Shown here piece after piece: positions 38,045 to 51,644 of a stretch of DNA of 64,000 bases (its first letter is position 1; each line of letters starts with the position of its first letter). This DNA is from Vicugna vicugna (lineage: Eukaryota). Location of the stretch: NCBI GenBank assembly GCA_013265495.1, contig MU058259.1:204437-268436 (forward strand). Direction: 5' to 3'. The notes under the pieces were generated by a model. That model did no database searches and was not told the DNA's origin. It was given only the letters and a program-made list of their open reading frames with translations. The translations under genes were made by a program, and so were the position numbers.

Positions 38045-38970
38045 AGGGCAGGTTTTATGCCAGTTTGATGAAGCTAAAGAGTCTTTTGGATTTCAGTTAA
38101 AATGCATAAATTAAAAAACATAAGATTGAAAAGAAAACCATTTGTATTTATCAAGTCTGTGAAATTGAACTATATGTACATTTTAAGTAATGCATTAACT
38201 AACAAGATCTGGTACTGAGTCTAATGACTTCTATAAATTCAAAATATCTGCAATAATTGTAATACAATATGGAGAGTATCTGTGATTTCTATTGGTGACA
38301 AAGTCCCAGGTACTGCTAATACTACTATGGATCGTCTACATTCATAATGTAAAGAAATGTTGAGTTTCAATTAAGGATTTGTGGTAGGCTGAATAGTGTC
38401 CCCCAAAGATATCTCTGTCCTAATCCTCAGAACCTGTGACTTTTACCTTACATGGTAAAAGAGACTTTACAACAGATGTGATTAATTTAGGATACTGAGA
38501 TGGGAGATTATCCTGGATTATTCACCTGAGCCCTAAACGTAATCACAAGTGTCCTCATTAGAGGGAGGCAGGGGACTGGACCACAGAAGAAGATAAAGCA
38601 ATGTGATGATAGATGCTATGTTGCAGCCTTTGAAGATGGAAAAAGGGACCACAAGCTAAGAGATGCAGGTAGTCTCCAGATACAGGTAAAGGCAGGGAAA
38701 TAAATTCTCCCCTAGAGCCTCCAGTAGAAATGCAGACCTGCTGGCACCTTGACTTTAGCCCAGTGAAACTGATTTAGGATTTCTGACCTCCAGAACTGTA
38801 AGAGAATAAATTTGTGTTGTTTAAAGCCACTAAGTTTGTAGTAATTTGTTATAGCAGCAGCGGTAGGAAACTCATACAAGTTTAGTTAAAATAATGGTGA
38901 TTTTTTTCCCCCATTCAAGTTCATGAACCTCCTGAATTCTATCTGTGGGCCCCAGGTTAAGAACCCTTAC
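38045..38970 (+). mobile_element. Charlie4a-like element interrupted by MLT1D
   Basis: ggtgacaaagtcccaggtactgctaatactactatgg and ccccaggttaagaaccct; homologous to 14135-14636. Confidence 0.7.
38380..38878 (+). mobile_element. MLT1D-like solo LTR
   Basis: tgtggtaggctgaatagtgtcccccaaagat...gagattatcctggatta...ccagaactgtaagagaataaatttgtgttg...aactcataca; TG...CA ends. Confidence 0.88.
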
Positions 38971-39567
38971 CACTAGGGGTTTGGGCAGCTACAACGTTGA
39001 AGGAACTTGGGTCCCTGAATGACTCTAGGAAGCAGAGTTGCCTGGGTTCTCTTTGTTATAGTAACTTAGCTTCCCTTAACTCTTACGGGAATAGAAAATT
39101 CCTGAAGAGGGGATAGGGAATAGATCTAAGGAAACCATATATGGACAGGAGAAAGAATCCATAGCACCTTAGCCCATGAGACTAAGGAGCAAATAGTGCT
39201 AATGAGCAGTCAGGGCTGGAAACTCACCAACTAGAAAGTTGAAATAAAAAGTTCAGAAATAAAGAAAAGAATTTCTAGTCTTAATTATATATTTAAATTT
39301 TTTCATTCAGTGAATGAAAAATGTCTAAGTTTGCTCTGTGGTAGAAATATATAAATTATTATTAGATGATGATTATAATTTAATTACAGCTTTATTTCAT
39401 TTAATGCCTCAAATGCTTTCCTAAAAGTTAGGGTAAAATCTATCAATTTTTTCCTTCAATGTAATTATGATTTTGGAGCTTCCATCAGTACACAAAAGTC
39501 AACTGCATTTTTATACTTTAGCATTTTTACACATCAGGAAAAGAGTTTTTAAAAAGGTATCAATTAT

Positions 39568-40261
39568 GCAGCCATTATAGAAAACAGTATAGAAATTGCT
39601 TAAAAAACTAAAACTAGAGTTACCATATGATCCAGCAATCCCACTCCTGGGCATATATCAGAGGGAAATCTAATTTGAAAAGATGCCTGCACCCCATTGT
39701 TCATAGCAGCACTATATACAATAGCCAAGACATGGAAACAACCTAAGTGTCCATCAACAGATGACTGGGTAGAAAAGTTGTGGTATATTTATATAATGGA
39801 ATACTACTCAGCCATAAAAAATAAAATAATGCCATTTGCAGTGACATGGATGGATCTGGAGATTGTCACTCTGAGTGAAGTAAGCAAGAAAGAGAAAGAA
39901 AAATACCATATGATATCACTTATATGTGGAATCTAAAAAAAAAGACAAATGAACTTATTTGCAAAACAGAAACAGACTCACAGACATAGGAAACAAACTT
40001 ACGGGTCACCATGGGGGAAAGAGAGTAGGAAGGGATAAATTGGGAGTCCAAGATTTGCAGATACTAACTACTACATATAAAAAAGATAAACAACAAGTTT
40101 CTACTGTATAACATAGGAAACCATATTCAATATCTTGTAGTAACTGACAATGAAAAAGAATATGAAAAGGAATATATGTATGTATATGTATGACTAAAAC
40201 ATTATGCTGTACACCAGAAATGGACACAACATTGTTAAACTGCCTATAGTTCAATTAAAAA
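39568..40261 (+). mobile_element. 5'-truncated L1 3' end nested in L1ME
   Basis: ORF 39697..39936 FIAALYTIAKTWKQPKCPS. Degenerate TSD aaaaaggtatcaattat 39551-39567 / aaaaagataccaactat 40262-40278 (3 transitions). Confidence 0.93.
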
Positions 40262-41188
40262 AAAAAGATACCAACTATAATGGTAACAAAAGTAGATAAG
40301 GTATCTAGAAATAAATCTAATGAAAATGTATAAGAATTCTATGGAATAAATCATAAAACTTTCTTGATAGATGTTAAAGAAATCTGAAACAAGTTGTCTA
40401 TGAACATTCTATGTTCATAGATAGGAGAATTCAACATTATAAATAGTCCACGCTCCTCAAAGTGATCTACAAATTCAGTGCAGTTCCAACAAGCTTGATC
40501 TTGGCATGCTGTTTCTAAAACATATATGAATAATGATGCCCAAGGATAGTCCAGATGCTTCTAAAGAAGAGAAAGCAGATGGAGGAATTTGACTCCTCAA
40601 ATATCGTGACTTATTACATAACTATGGTAAAGACAATGAACTCTTGACAAGGACTACACAATGGAACAGAAGAGAAACCCCAGACACACTCATACATATA
40701 CAAAAACCTGATATATGACAGTTATAATTGAAAATTGGAAGGAAAAAAATGAACTGTTCAATATATCGTACTGGGAAAATTGGCTGTCCCTAAGGGGAAA
40801 GAATGAAAATGAATCCCTACCTCACCATACACCATATGAAATGAACCTCTACCTTATTATACACAAACATCTATGCCAGGTGGATTAAACTTAAATGTGA
40901 AAAGCAAACCTTAAAAACTTTTAGAAGAAAACAAGAAAATATTGATATGACCACCCTGGGGGTAGGGAATGATTTCTTAAATAAGACATAAAAAGTTTAA
41001 ACTTTGAAGAAAAAGATTGATACATTTGGTTACATTAAACTTCAAGACTTCTTTATAGAACAGGTCACCATTAACAGAGTGCAGGAAATAGCCACAATTT
41101 GAATGAAGATATTTGCAACACAGATCATTAACAAATAATTCTTACCCAGAATGTGTAAGTATGTATATGTTATCCATTTTATTTACAA

Positions 41189-41215
41189 ACACACACACAC
41201 ACACACACACACACA
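41189..41215. repeat. (CA)n microsatellite, ~13 units
   Basis: Seen directly. Confidence 0.95.
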
Positions 41216-41221
41216 AGGTTG

Positions 41222-41801
41222 TGTGTGTGTTTTCTGTTGCTGTGTAACAAATAACCCCAACACTTAGAGGTTTAAAGCAGCACACATTTATGATCTTGCA
41301 GTTTCTGTAGGTCAGGAATCTGGGTGTGGTTTAGCAGGAGCCTCTGTGTCAGGCTCTCTCACAGGTGGCTGTCATCTCAAGGACAGACTAGGCAGGATTC
41401 ACTTCCAAGCTCACACTCACAAGGTTGTTGGCAGGATTCAGTTCCTCACGAGTTGTTGGACTGGGGCCTCAGTTCCTCATGCGCTGCTGGCAGGAGGCCT
41501 TCCTCAGCCCTGTGCCACATGGGCTAATCCATAGAGCCTCTCACACATGGCAGTTGGCGTCACTGGGGGAGCAAGCTGGAGGGCAGGAGAGGGTGCCAGC
41601 AAGAGAGAGTGTGCTAGCAAGACACAGTCACAGTGTTTTGTAACCTAATCTTGCAAGGGACACCTCATCATTTTTGACATATTCCATTTGTTGGAAGCAC
41701 ATCACTAGGTCCACTCCACACTCAAGGGGAGGCGTGCACAAGTGCATGAGTACCAGAAAGTGGGGATCATTGGAGGTCATCTCAGAAGTCTGCCTATTAC
41801 A
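41222..41801 (-). mobile_element. MLT1E/F-like solo LTR
   Basis: ttgctgtgtaacaaataacccc...cagtttctgtaggtcaggaatctggg...ggcaggattcagttcct...gtctgcctattaca. Confidence 0.85.
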
Positions 41802-42944
41802 ATATATATCAACCCAAGAGAATTATGCAGAAGGCTTTAACAAATATTTTACAGCAAGCTAAACACAAATGACCCATGTACAATTGAAAAGCTGCTCAAT
41901 TTCATTAATAATTAATCAATTAATTATTAATACCATAATGAGATACCACTTTGTGCCCACCAAAATGCAAAATTAAAAAGTGACCATAATAATTGTGGAC
42001 TATTTCTGTATCTTGGAGCAATACTAATCTTTGTACACCATTGATAAGTATGCAAATTGGTACAACAAAACTTAAGAAAAGAATTTGGTATTACCTAGTA
42101 AAGTTCACATGCAGAAGCCTTCAGCCTGATAATTCACTCTAAAGAAACTGTTGTGCATGTGCCCCAGGAGAGATGTACAGCAATGTACATAGCAGCCTTA
42201 TTTATGATAGGCAAAAACTGAAATGCAAATGTCCAGCACTGGTAAAATGGATAAATAAATTGTCATAGCACCACCATGGAATACTATACAACAGTGAAAA
42301 TGGATAAACTATGCCCATATATGTGAACATGGAGAAACACAAGAAAAGCACAATATTGAGTGAAATAAGCAAGTCACAAAAGTATATGTATAGTATGATT
42401 CCATTTATATAAAGTTCAAGGACAAGAAAAGTCATAATTTATGTATCAATATATCTATCAAGAAGTGATTAACAGAAGTAGAAGAATGGTTTTCTGAGGT
42501 GAAGGATAGAACAGTATCAGGAAGGAGACATACAGGAGTTTCAAAAGTGTTGAGCAGTGTGTACTTAAGTGGTTTCTTTATTATCTCAGCAGTGGACCCA
42601 CAATACATTATTTTGCATATATGGTTTTTCATGGAAAAATACCCATGGCTAATGTTTATTGAACATTCCTCTGTGCCAGCCACTTTGCAGATGTTCTCTT
42701 TGAAAGAATGAATCCTCTGCTTTTATTTTTAATGCTGCACCTCTTTTTTTCTGTTTATTTTTTTAAATTTCAAGACTGTTTACCTAAAACAAAATGGAAC
42801 ATATTATGTATAGAAAAACAATGAAGAAGACACTCATACCTAATTCAAGGAGAATTTTGCCTTTATACAGAATACAGAACCTAAATTTAATCTACCCACA
42901 GAACCCTTTGAACCAAAAGTAGCCACATGGACAATCAGACTGGA

Positions 42945-43165
42945 TCAGAATTTCTCCACTTCAGTATTACTGACATTTTGTATTGGATCATCCTTTGTTG
43001 TAGAGGGCTGTCCTGTGTTCTGTAGGATGTTGAGCAGCATCCCTGGCCTCTACCCACTAGATGCCAGTAGGCCCCCTTCCCCAGTTGTGACAAATAAAAA
43101 TGTCTCCAGAGACTGCCAGATTTCTCCTGGGAGGCAAAATTGTCCCTGGTTGAGATCCACCGAAC
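42945..43165 (+). mobile_element. MER20
   Basis: tgacattttg...ctgtcctgtgttctgtaggatgttgagcagcatccctggcctctacccactagatgccagtag...aaaaatgtctccaga. Confidence 0.9.
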
Positions 43166-44469
43166 TAGATTGTCTTGGCATATTCAGTGGAAGTACACAT
43201 ACAGGGACTCTATCACATGTCTGTTTCATATTCCCTTGGTGGTTCTTGTTCATTAGCTTGCTTGATATTTATTGAGGTACATTCTCTAAGAATTAAATGT
43301 TAAGTAGCTTTAGTAGTTATATCATCAGTCCAGGTTTCTTGAACATTACTCACTTGCTAGCAGAGATGCCAGCTTGGAAAGTACCCAACAGTTTATGATT
43401 AGCATTACCTTTTTATTTTCATATGTCTTTAAAAAAAAATAGAAAGTAAACCTCAAAAGATTTCAAAGATGCATTAGTGACCAGTAGGTTTTTACTGACC
43501 TTAAAGTGGGCCACTTATGCCCTCCACAACTCAGGCAACTCAGGGCTAATGCTGTTTCTTTGAAGTTTAGTTGAGTTTAGCATATGAGGAGCTTCCAGCT
43601 ATGTAAATTCAGTGGCTGCTTTAATTGATTAAATCATAACCTGAGCTAAGTCGATATGCTGAAAGCAAGATTGACCTGTATTAAAAATTTAAGGAAATGA
43701 CATTTTAAAAAGTTAATGCACGCACTTATATGCATGCAGAGATATTTTTTATATTCACACACAGGAAAGATTTTCAGTCTCCATACATAGTAAGGGTAGG
43801 CTGCAGACTTTATCAAGCCCTTTGGATGTTCATTTTCTTCACTTAGTCAGTTTAAAGACTCTCCTCTAGCTGTGCATGATTTGCTTTTTCTTTGTCCTTG
43901 CTCATATTTTAAAATTGTGCATTTACAAAGAATAAAAAGAAACTCCTAACTTGCAGTGTAATTGTGCATGAGCAATGTATTTTGGTCCCTGCCGCTGTGT
44001 CAGAGCCTCCGAGCAAGGATGGTGTTGCCATGGAGACAGAGATGTTGAGCTGGTTTCATCACCTTTGCCCTGCTATTTAAAATCATACTCACAGCAAACC
44101 TCTGGCAGACATAGGGCTTTCTCCGGTAGGTCAACCACCTCCTCCCTTTTTCTCTTTTAAAAACAACTACTTGGCAGATTAATGCCATTTTCATTTATGA
44201 CTGTTATAAAATGTAATATAAATATCCTCTTGCACAGAATGAATGGGTAGCTCTTTGTATTGTCTTGTTCCAGCATGAAACTGAAATTCCTTGAGAGTTT
44301 GCCAAAACCAGTTTCTTTAATGGGTTCTGCTTAGGGTTCTACCTTCTCTCTTGATCTTCTGACAGTACTAGAGCAATGGGTAGAGAACAGAGAGAAGCCA
44401 AGGACATTATATGATGAGGTGAAAATCAATAGAAAGGAAGTTAGTCACAGGCTTTTAAAATGTTGTTTA

Positions 44470-45075
44470 AACAAACCCCACTGTTTGGGAAGTAGGGACT
44501 TTCATACACAGGTGGTGAATGAGTAGGTCGGTACTACCTTTCTGGAGGGAATTTGATGCTATGTATCAGAAGCCTTAAAAAAGTCCTTTGCTCCATCAGT
44601 GACAATTCTAGCAAGTTTTTCTAAGAGAACACATATGAATGTAAACAAAGATTTGCATACAGGATTATTCATCACAGTTTTTATTTATGATGGTGGAAAA
44701 CTAGAAACAACCAGTTTCAGAAACATGTCCATAAAAGGGGATGGATTAAATTAATTCTAGTACATCACACTATGGAATACTAGACAATTGTATTAAATAA
44801 TGTGCAGAAGCATATTTATGAACCTGAAAAGTACTGTTGAATACTCTAGTTCAAGTGATACTATTTAATGAAAAAAAGCAGATTACAAATCACTAATACT
44901 AAGTGCATTAGTATTCCATTTAAAAATAATTACAGAAAACATTCATATACATTGGGGACACTGGAATGTTATATGCCAATTTTTGGCTCTTTGAGTATTA
45001 TTGTAATTTCTTCTTTTTACTTCTCTAATTTATGTTTTACAGTGATGCTCCATTACTTGTATAATTTTAAAAGTC
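44470..45075 (+). mobile_element. Ancient L1ME 3' fragment
   Basis: ctacctttctggaggg...atgtatcagaagcctt...ggattattcatcacag...ggaaaactagaaacaacc...tatggaatacta. Confidence 0.65.
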
Positions 45076-46408
45076 AATTAATAAATAATTCATAGTTATA
45101 TATGATGTTTTTTAATTAAAAAGTCCTAGAAGCTTTCCTTAAGAAAGGGAATTTTTACTCAGTGTCCTGAGGATTCCAAGACTCATTACCTTCTGCTCTC
45201 AAATTGATGTTTTTTAAAATTTGGGGCATGGCAATTTATTCTTTTGAACCCCACAAAACACAGCCAGTTAAATCCAGCTGAAAGCATTGAACCTACTGAA
45301 TTTTTGACCTACTCTCATCCAGTGTCCAGAATAGCCCCCAAGGAAGCAGGGCTCATGCTATCCATCACCTCAGCCAGATCTCCCGGCTCCCCAAGTAACG
45401 ACATCCACGAGGGCCAGCTCTCCAGAGAGAAGGCATCAGCTGCCACAGAGAGCTGAGATGAGCTGCAGATGAGGGGATTTAATAGTCCAGTCTCTGCCCT
45501 CTCAGAACCCTGCCGTTGGGGATGCAGGGATGGGGGTGGGGAATAAACCTTGAGCAAACCATAAATAAACTTGTGGCTAGGATGTGATTGCAACTCTCCG
45601 TGTGTTTGCTCTCTCCCTCCCCAACACACACAGACACCCCACAGATGAATTTGTCATTACCAATGGCAGCTTTTCCCAATACGATTGGAGGAGGGTGGCG
45701 GTGAAAGAGTGAGTCTTTCTTTGTCACCTGTATTTATTTCCTTTCCTAATGGAGAGATTTTTGTGAGTCCAAAATAATGTGCAGAAGCATTTGATGTGAA
45801 CAGTTGAGACCCCACCTTAGTGCTCATTGCTCAGGTGACTCTCCCTCACTTGTTTCCTCAACACTATCACACCAAACCAGATAAACGTTTGGGGCACAAC
45901 GAAGCATATGCGGCAGCCTGAACAACATTTCCATGGGCACAGTGTAAGGCATGGACACTATAGTAACTATGGAGATCTTGAAACTGTCTGGTAGGAGGAG
46001 TGGCCCCTTCCAACACTGATTTGCTGCTCTGGCCCCTGGTGGGGTATGGCTTTCATTCTCTGACAGGCAGGTAAGCTGAGGGGACCTCAAAACTTCACCC
46101 TCAGGTTTTCATCTACTGCCAGTCCTCCGGGAGTCCAGAGATGGCCCTGTAACTGGGCAGGTAAGGCAAATCAAAGGCAAAATGACTCTTCAAGTTTCCA
46201 CTAATTGAGCACTTCAAATGGTAGCCTTTAATCTCAAGAGCAGTGTCTACATGGGCTTTGGATTTTGAAAAATAATATTGGCCAAGAAGTATAAGACAGA
46301 AAGTTCTAGAACAAAGCACTAAAACACAGGGGAGAAAAGATTTGTCCATACTAAGTACAAGGCAGACCACTGCTTTTTCATTTCCCCAATATTGCTTTAT
46401 ATATGATA

Positions 46409-46471
46409 CTTTTTTTTCTTTATTGGCCCCCCCTTTTTATTGAGTTATAGTCAGTTTACAATGTTGTGTCA
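46409..46471 (-). mobile_element. Extremely truncated L1 3' tip (~37 bp) with extra tail
   Basis: tttattgagttatagtcagtttacaatgttgtgtca matches the L1 3' terminus seen at 15938-15978 and 40220-40258. Confidence 0.75.
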
Positions 46472-47753
46472 GTACAGTACTTTTTTAAAAAAGTCAGGAT
46501 GTATCTGTACTTCAGATTGGTTCAACTAATTTTTACTTAACCTCTCCATGCCTCACTATTCTCTTCTGTAAAATGGTAATAGAAATAGAAAATACTCCAG
46601 AGGGTTGTTCTGAAGGTGAAATGAATTAGTATGTGTAAACTCCCAAAAAGCCCCTGGCACATGGTGAATGCTCAGTAATTACCATTATCATGATCATTGT
46701 CGTTATCATTACTAAGCATCCCTTACTACCAGGCCCTCTGCTGAGAGTTTTATGTGCAGTAGTTGAATCTTCTTTATTGCACTGTATCATTCCACTGTGT
46801 GGACACTATCCATTCTCCTACCGATGGACACTTGAGTTCTTTGTATTTTTGGCTATTATTAATAAAGCTGCTATGAACCATGTTGTACTTGTCCTTTGCA
46901 GGACATACTCACTCACTTCTTTTGGGTGCACACCTTGGAGTTTAATTACTGGATCACTGTTCAGCTTCAATAAATACTGCCAAATAGTTCCCAAAGTATT
47001 GCCAATACTTATTCATTAATCACCTTTTCTATGTGTCAAGCATGGAACCAGCTGGGTTCTGAAGCTATAGGGCAAAGAGGACACAGCCCCTGCCCCACAG
47101 AGTTAGAAGTGCTACCCCCACTGAATAGCACTCAAAGCGTCGTGGCTTTTACGATCCCCCTTTATCTTCCAGTAGAACAGTGTAAGTAGTGTCACAGAAC
47201 TGATAGAAGAGTTGGGAAGCAGAAAATGTAAATAATGTGTCCACAATTTCCCAGATCACAAAGCAAATTAGCAGCAGAACTAGAATTAGTAGAGGAACAA
47301 GAACAACGAATACAAATTAAAACAAAAACAACAGCAACAAAATTCCACTCTTTCCTCTATACAGCTTGGTCATAAACCTTCAAAGGGAAGCCCTTGTTGG
47401 GTTTATGTAGTAGCGGGCAGCTCCTGCCCCTGCCTGCCTTTATTAGACCGATGTGCAGTACATTAGTGGAGTGTATCTGGGACCCCAGGGAGCTCCTGAA
47501 ACACTTCTCTATGCTCTTGAAAATCCCAGAGTTGAGCTACCTGAGCAAATCCTTAGTTTGGCTCTGTGAGAAGGCAAACAAAGGGAACATCAGTAGTTAC
47601 CTTTCCCTCAGCATAAGGAAACTGGATATCTTAAGTTAAAAAGAGAGAAATAAAATATTCTGGTAACCACAGTTAAATGTCCTATTTGCCACAGATCAGT
47701 ACATTCTAAATTCAACATAGGGCTGAATGGATATGAACAATGGAGGGGCTAGA

Positions 47754-47971
47754 CCAGGGTTTCTCAACCTCGGCACTATTGATATTTCGGGCTGGATAAC
47801 TCCGTTGTCAGAGCCTGTCCTGTGTATACTGTAGGATGTTCAGTGGCATCCCTGGCCTCCACCCATAAGTGTCAGTAACAACCCCAACCCTCCAGTTGTG
47901 ATAGCCAAACATGTCTCCAGACATTGCCAAATATCTCTTGGGCAGTAAAATTGTCCCTGCCTGAACCACTA
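47754..47971 (+). mobile_element. MER20
   Basis: cagggtttctcaacctcggcactattga...gtaggatgttcagtggcatccctggcctc...atgtctccagacattgccaaa. Confidence 0.9.
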
Positions 47972-50900
47972 GGATATACTTATGTCAATAATGTGGGACA
48001 GTTGAACTTTTTTATTTTTCATCATTTCAAATCCTGAAGATGTAAAGATTGTAAAGCAAAAGGGCTGACATTTAATATCAAGAAACTTTGATGCTCTCTA
48101 GACAAGTGTCAGAAACACTTAGTCTTTTACTTCTGTAAGGGAAATGCACTAGAATACTAATATAGATTAATAAACAAAATCCCACTTCAGTTCTTGAAAA
48201 GTCTGAATTATTCAAATTTTTAATATGATTTTATTTCAAATTCAGCAGAGTGAGTTCTTCAGTTACCTCTTTGTTGAATAATGATTTGCAATTGCATGTC
48301 AGTTATTTATTAATAGATATTTCCAAAGGGCTTTAAGGTCTTTGCAAATAATTTCTTGTCATAAATGCTTAGTCTTGTTGGTATTATTGACACATGATTT
48401 TCTCTATCTCTTAATAAAGGCTTTGGTAAACAGATCCTAAAATTTTGTTTGGACCTTGTCTAATTATTTCCAGCTGGGTCCAAGGATTATTTATTTCAAG
48501 GAAAGAACTGCTTTCCTGTAATGATAAAGGTTTAACAATATGTATCTGTCTTACTCATTCATTCAGTTAAAGAAAGTAATTATTGAGCACCTACCAGGTA
48601 CTCTGCCCTGGAGACAGAATGATCAATGCACACAGCAGGCTCAGGGAGCACGCTGGTGGTGTTAGGTGGAAAGGGCACTACTGAGCCATCAGTAGTGGCA
48701 AGTTCTTGGTTCTGGATCTGCCAATGGCCAGCTCTGAAACTTAGGGAGGGAACACTCCATCTTTCTAGAACTGTCTATTAAATGAAATAGGTAGATTAAC
48801 TGAAATGGCAGATAGGTGCCAGTTTGCATCAACTGCTGTTAGCTGCCCAGAGCACTTGATTATGAGGCTCAATGGCCAAGAGGGCTATAACTGACTGTTG
48901 ATGTCTGCTATGGGCACACTATGGGAAACAGATGGCACCCCACAGGAATTTGCCATCCCTGGGTTTCTACGGCTTCAGATTCTATGATTTGCAAGAAATC
49001 TCCCTTCCCATCTCAGTAAAGTTTAGCATGGGAGAACAAGGTTATTTAAGTTTCTTACTTTGGCAACAGGCTATATTCTCCCTTTCCCCCTATCCTCCAT
49101 TCCTAATTCTCTTGGTCCTAGAGAAGAAGTGCAAATTATTCCTCAATATCATTCTCCCAAAGGTTAGTTTGCAATATTTTCTGACATCCTGTTCCATCTT
49201 TGAAAAGATCAAAAAAGGCAAAATTTGACCTCCATTCATTCAGAGCGTTTTTGGGTAAATGATTTTCCAGTGCAGTGAGAGATGACTGTTTTCTTAATTT
49301 TGAATAGATGAAAATAGACACCAATCAACAAACCTTTGGCTAAGGGGAAAAATCTCTTTAACTCACATTTTGCTTCAATTACACTGAGGACAAAGGAGCA
49401 CATTGCACCCTGTGCATGAATAGATGCTTCATTATTCAAAACAAGCATCAGAGAGCATTCTGTCCCCTATAGAAAATATGCAATCACTGTTTAATTCAAT
49501 GGTAGGATGCAAATTTAAATTCCCAGAAGGGGAAGACTGTTAATGCCATTTAAATTGGTTGTAAATTACAGATAATACGCTTGAGACCCCCGAATACAGA
49601 TTAGTGGAGTATTGCTTTAGGAATTCAATTCTATTTTGAACTTACTGTGTATTTATATATGAAAAATAAAGCCATGAAGGCTTGTTTACAGATACATTTT
49701 ATTGTGTATCTTTTTTATTTCTGAAGCAAATATTTCACTTTTAAATGCCATGGAGATGGTTCAGCGTACTATAAGGAAATGCCATGTTAAAGACAGATTA
49801 GCACTCTCAGAGGCAGCTCCTCATTAAAAAACAATCAAAACAAAACAAACCTAAGACAGGGACACTACAACGGAATTTAATCAAGATATCACACTAGCTG
49901 ACTTTTCTATCTTTTTACCTCATTTCTATTGGTGTTCCTGTAGTTTAAAAATCCCAGAGTCACAAGACAATCATGAGTTTCAGAAATTACAGGCTTTGAT
50001 TATCTCTTGCCGCTAAAGTGTATCAGCCACTTAGAGGTTGTTTCTCATTTTCACGGGTTAATTAATCATGAGTGGGATGCCTGATGGGCAAGTCTTTGTT
50101 GGAAGGATTATTCCTTAAAAACAAGGGCCTTTCAGAAGGAGAAAGTGTTAGATAAAAATGGACACTTTTCAGCAAAGGTTTCAGAGCTCCCAGCTTGAAA
50201 AGTAGCAATTTCCCTTCCAGTTCATAGAAGTAAAAACGGTTTCCCCCTTGATGTGGTTTCGTGTCTCAGGTAGGAAATAGGTCACTCGGGGTGATACAAA
50301 TAAATCAGCTTCGAGTTCGTGTTCTCTCCCCTGGCAGCATATGGGACATGTTTTTATTTTGTGTGTGAAACTGAAAGGTATAAAAAAAAAAAGTTGCCAC
50401 TGATATATACTAAGAGAATGGAGCCAAGCTACGGAACAATGGAGGAATGCCTAATTCATTATGCCAGAAAATGGATTGTTACCATCAATACCACATGGAG
50501 TTAATCATTTCCAAAGAACTATAATGCCAAGTTATCCATAACACTGCACCTAAATGGAATAATGTTTTATTTTTTCTTTGATCTGTCAAAGGTGCTTCAA
50601 GCTTTGCCAGGACCTTAGTGACACTATCAACATTTCATTGTATAGTTCCTATGAATTACACAGGCCTTGTGATATCCCGGAGGTTAATTGAATTTTTAAA
50701 ATCCCTGGTATTATCTTGTTTACTTGTCATTTATTTATGCTTTGTAAAATAACACAGAACCTGCCCCCCTTTTCTTTTTCTGGCTATTTGCAATTAGCTT
50801 AAATGGGAGTTTTTTCTCTATACCTAAGAGTGAGGATGAAAACAGCCAGTTGAAACACAAAGCTTTAAAGAAAGGTGGATAAAATTCAGGTAATTTTTGC

Positions 50901-51644
50901 TTGTGTTGGGAGACTGACAAAATACATGTATGTGTGGTGGGGCCAGGATCTTTCTACCTTTTCCTTGATAGGATTTGGGTTAGAATAGTCCTGATGCACA
51001 TAAAAAAGTGAATGAGGAGACTCTGGATTTTGTTCTTAAGTCCTCAGTGCTCTGGGCATCTATACATCTTAAGCTTTATCAGGTGACGCTGGAGGCTGGC
51101 CTCCTGCCCAAGCTGTGTCCACCTGCGCCAGCAGTGAGTGATCAGCACAGTGATGGCCATTCATCTTTTCTCTCTGTCCTGGGGTTGGGTTTAGGGTGTG
51201 CACGCTCTTTCCCCTAGAAGCCATGGACCAGTATTCCAATATGGTGGGTGGGCAATGCCAGCCTGCTCTCAATCCCCATATCCTGGCCCCAGCCCGCCAA
51301 GCTAACAGGAACAGTGAGGCAGGGCAGTACAAGTGCCAGCCTGGGGGCCATGGGACCTGGGTTCTTGCCTGGCCTCTGTCATCTTTTTTAAATCAGATTT
51401 CTGGGTCTCAGTAGAAGGTGATGTTTCCTTATCTTGAAAGCAAGGAGGGCCATTCATTTTAACTAACATTTGGTGAGCACCTAGCACATACAAGACTCTG
51501 CCCTGGATCCTGGACAAAAATAAAAGTAAGACATGATTCCTTTCCTCAAGGGGTTCAAAGTGAAGAACCGGGGCAGTGTAGACAAACTTGGAGACAGATA
51601 ATGCAGTAAGTTCTTAATCCTGTATAAACAGAATACTGTCAAAG

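Larger units (their letters stand above)
37548..39090 (+). mobile_element. Old MLT1 LTR split by MER5A (37758-37905) and Charlie4a (38045-38970)
   Basis: gactgcctggctacacatttcctagcattccttgtag...gtggccaagtgact before MER5A; ggaacttgggtccctgaatgac...gcagag after Charlie4a. Confidence 0.6.
39480..42560 (+). mobile_element. Ancient L1ME-type element (ORF2 3' half + 3' UTR), interrupted by young L1, (CA)n and MLT1
   Basis: aaaagtcaactgcatttttatac, gtatctagaaataaatctaa, ggattaaacttaaatgtgaaa, ccataatgagataccac, tatagtatgattccatttatataaagttcaa. Confidence 0.75.

Noticed and set aside
41205..41230. Perfect 12-bp hairpin acacacacacaa-gg-ttgtgtgtgtgt
   Set aside because: Explained by a (CA)n microsatellite abutting the TG-rich end of an MLT1 LTR.
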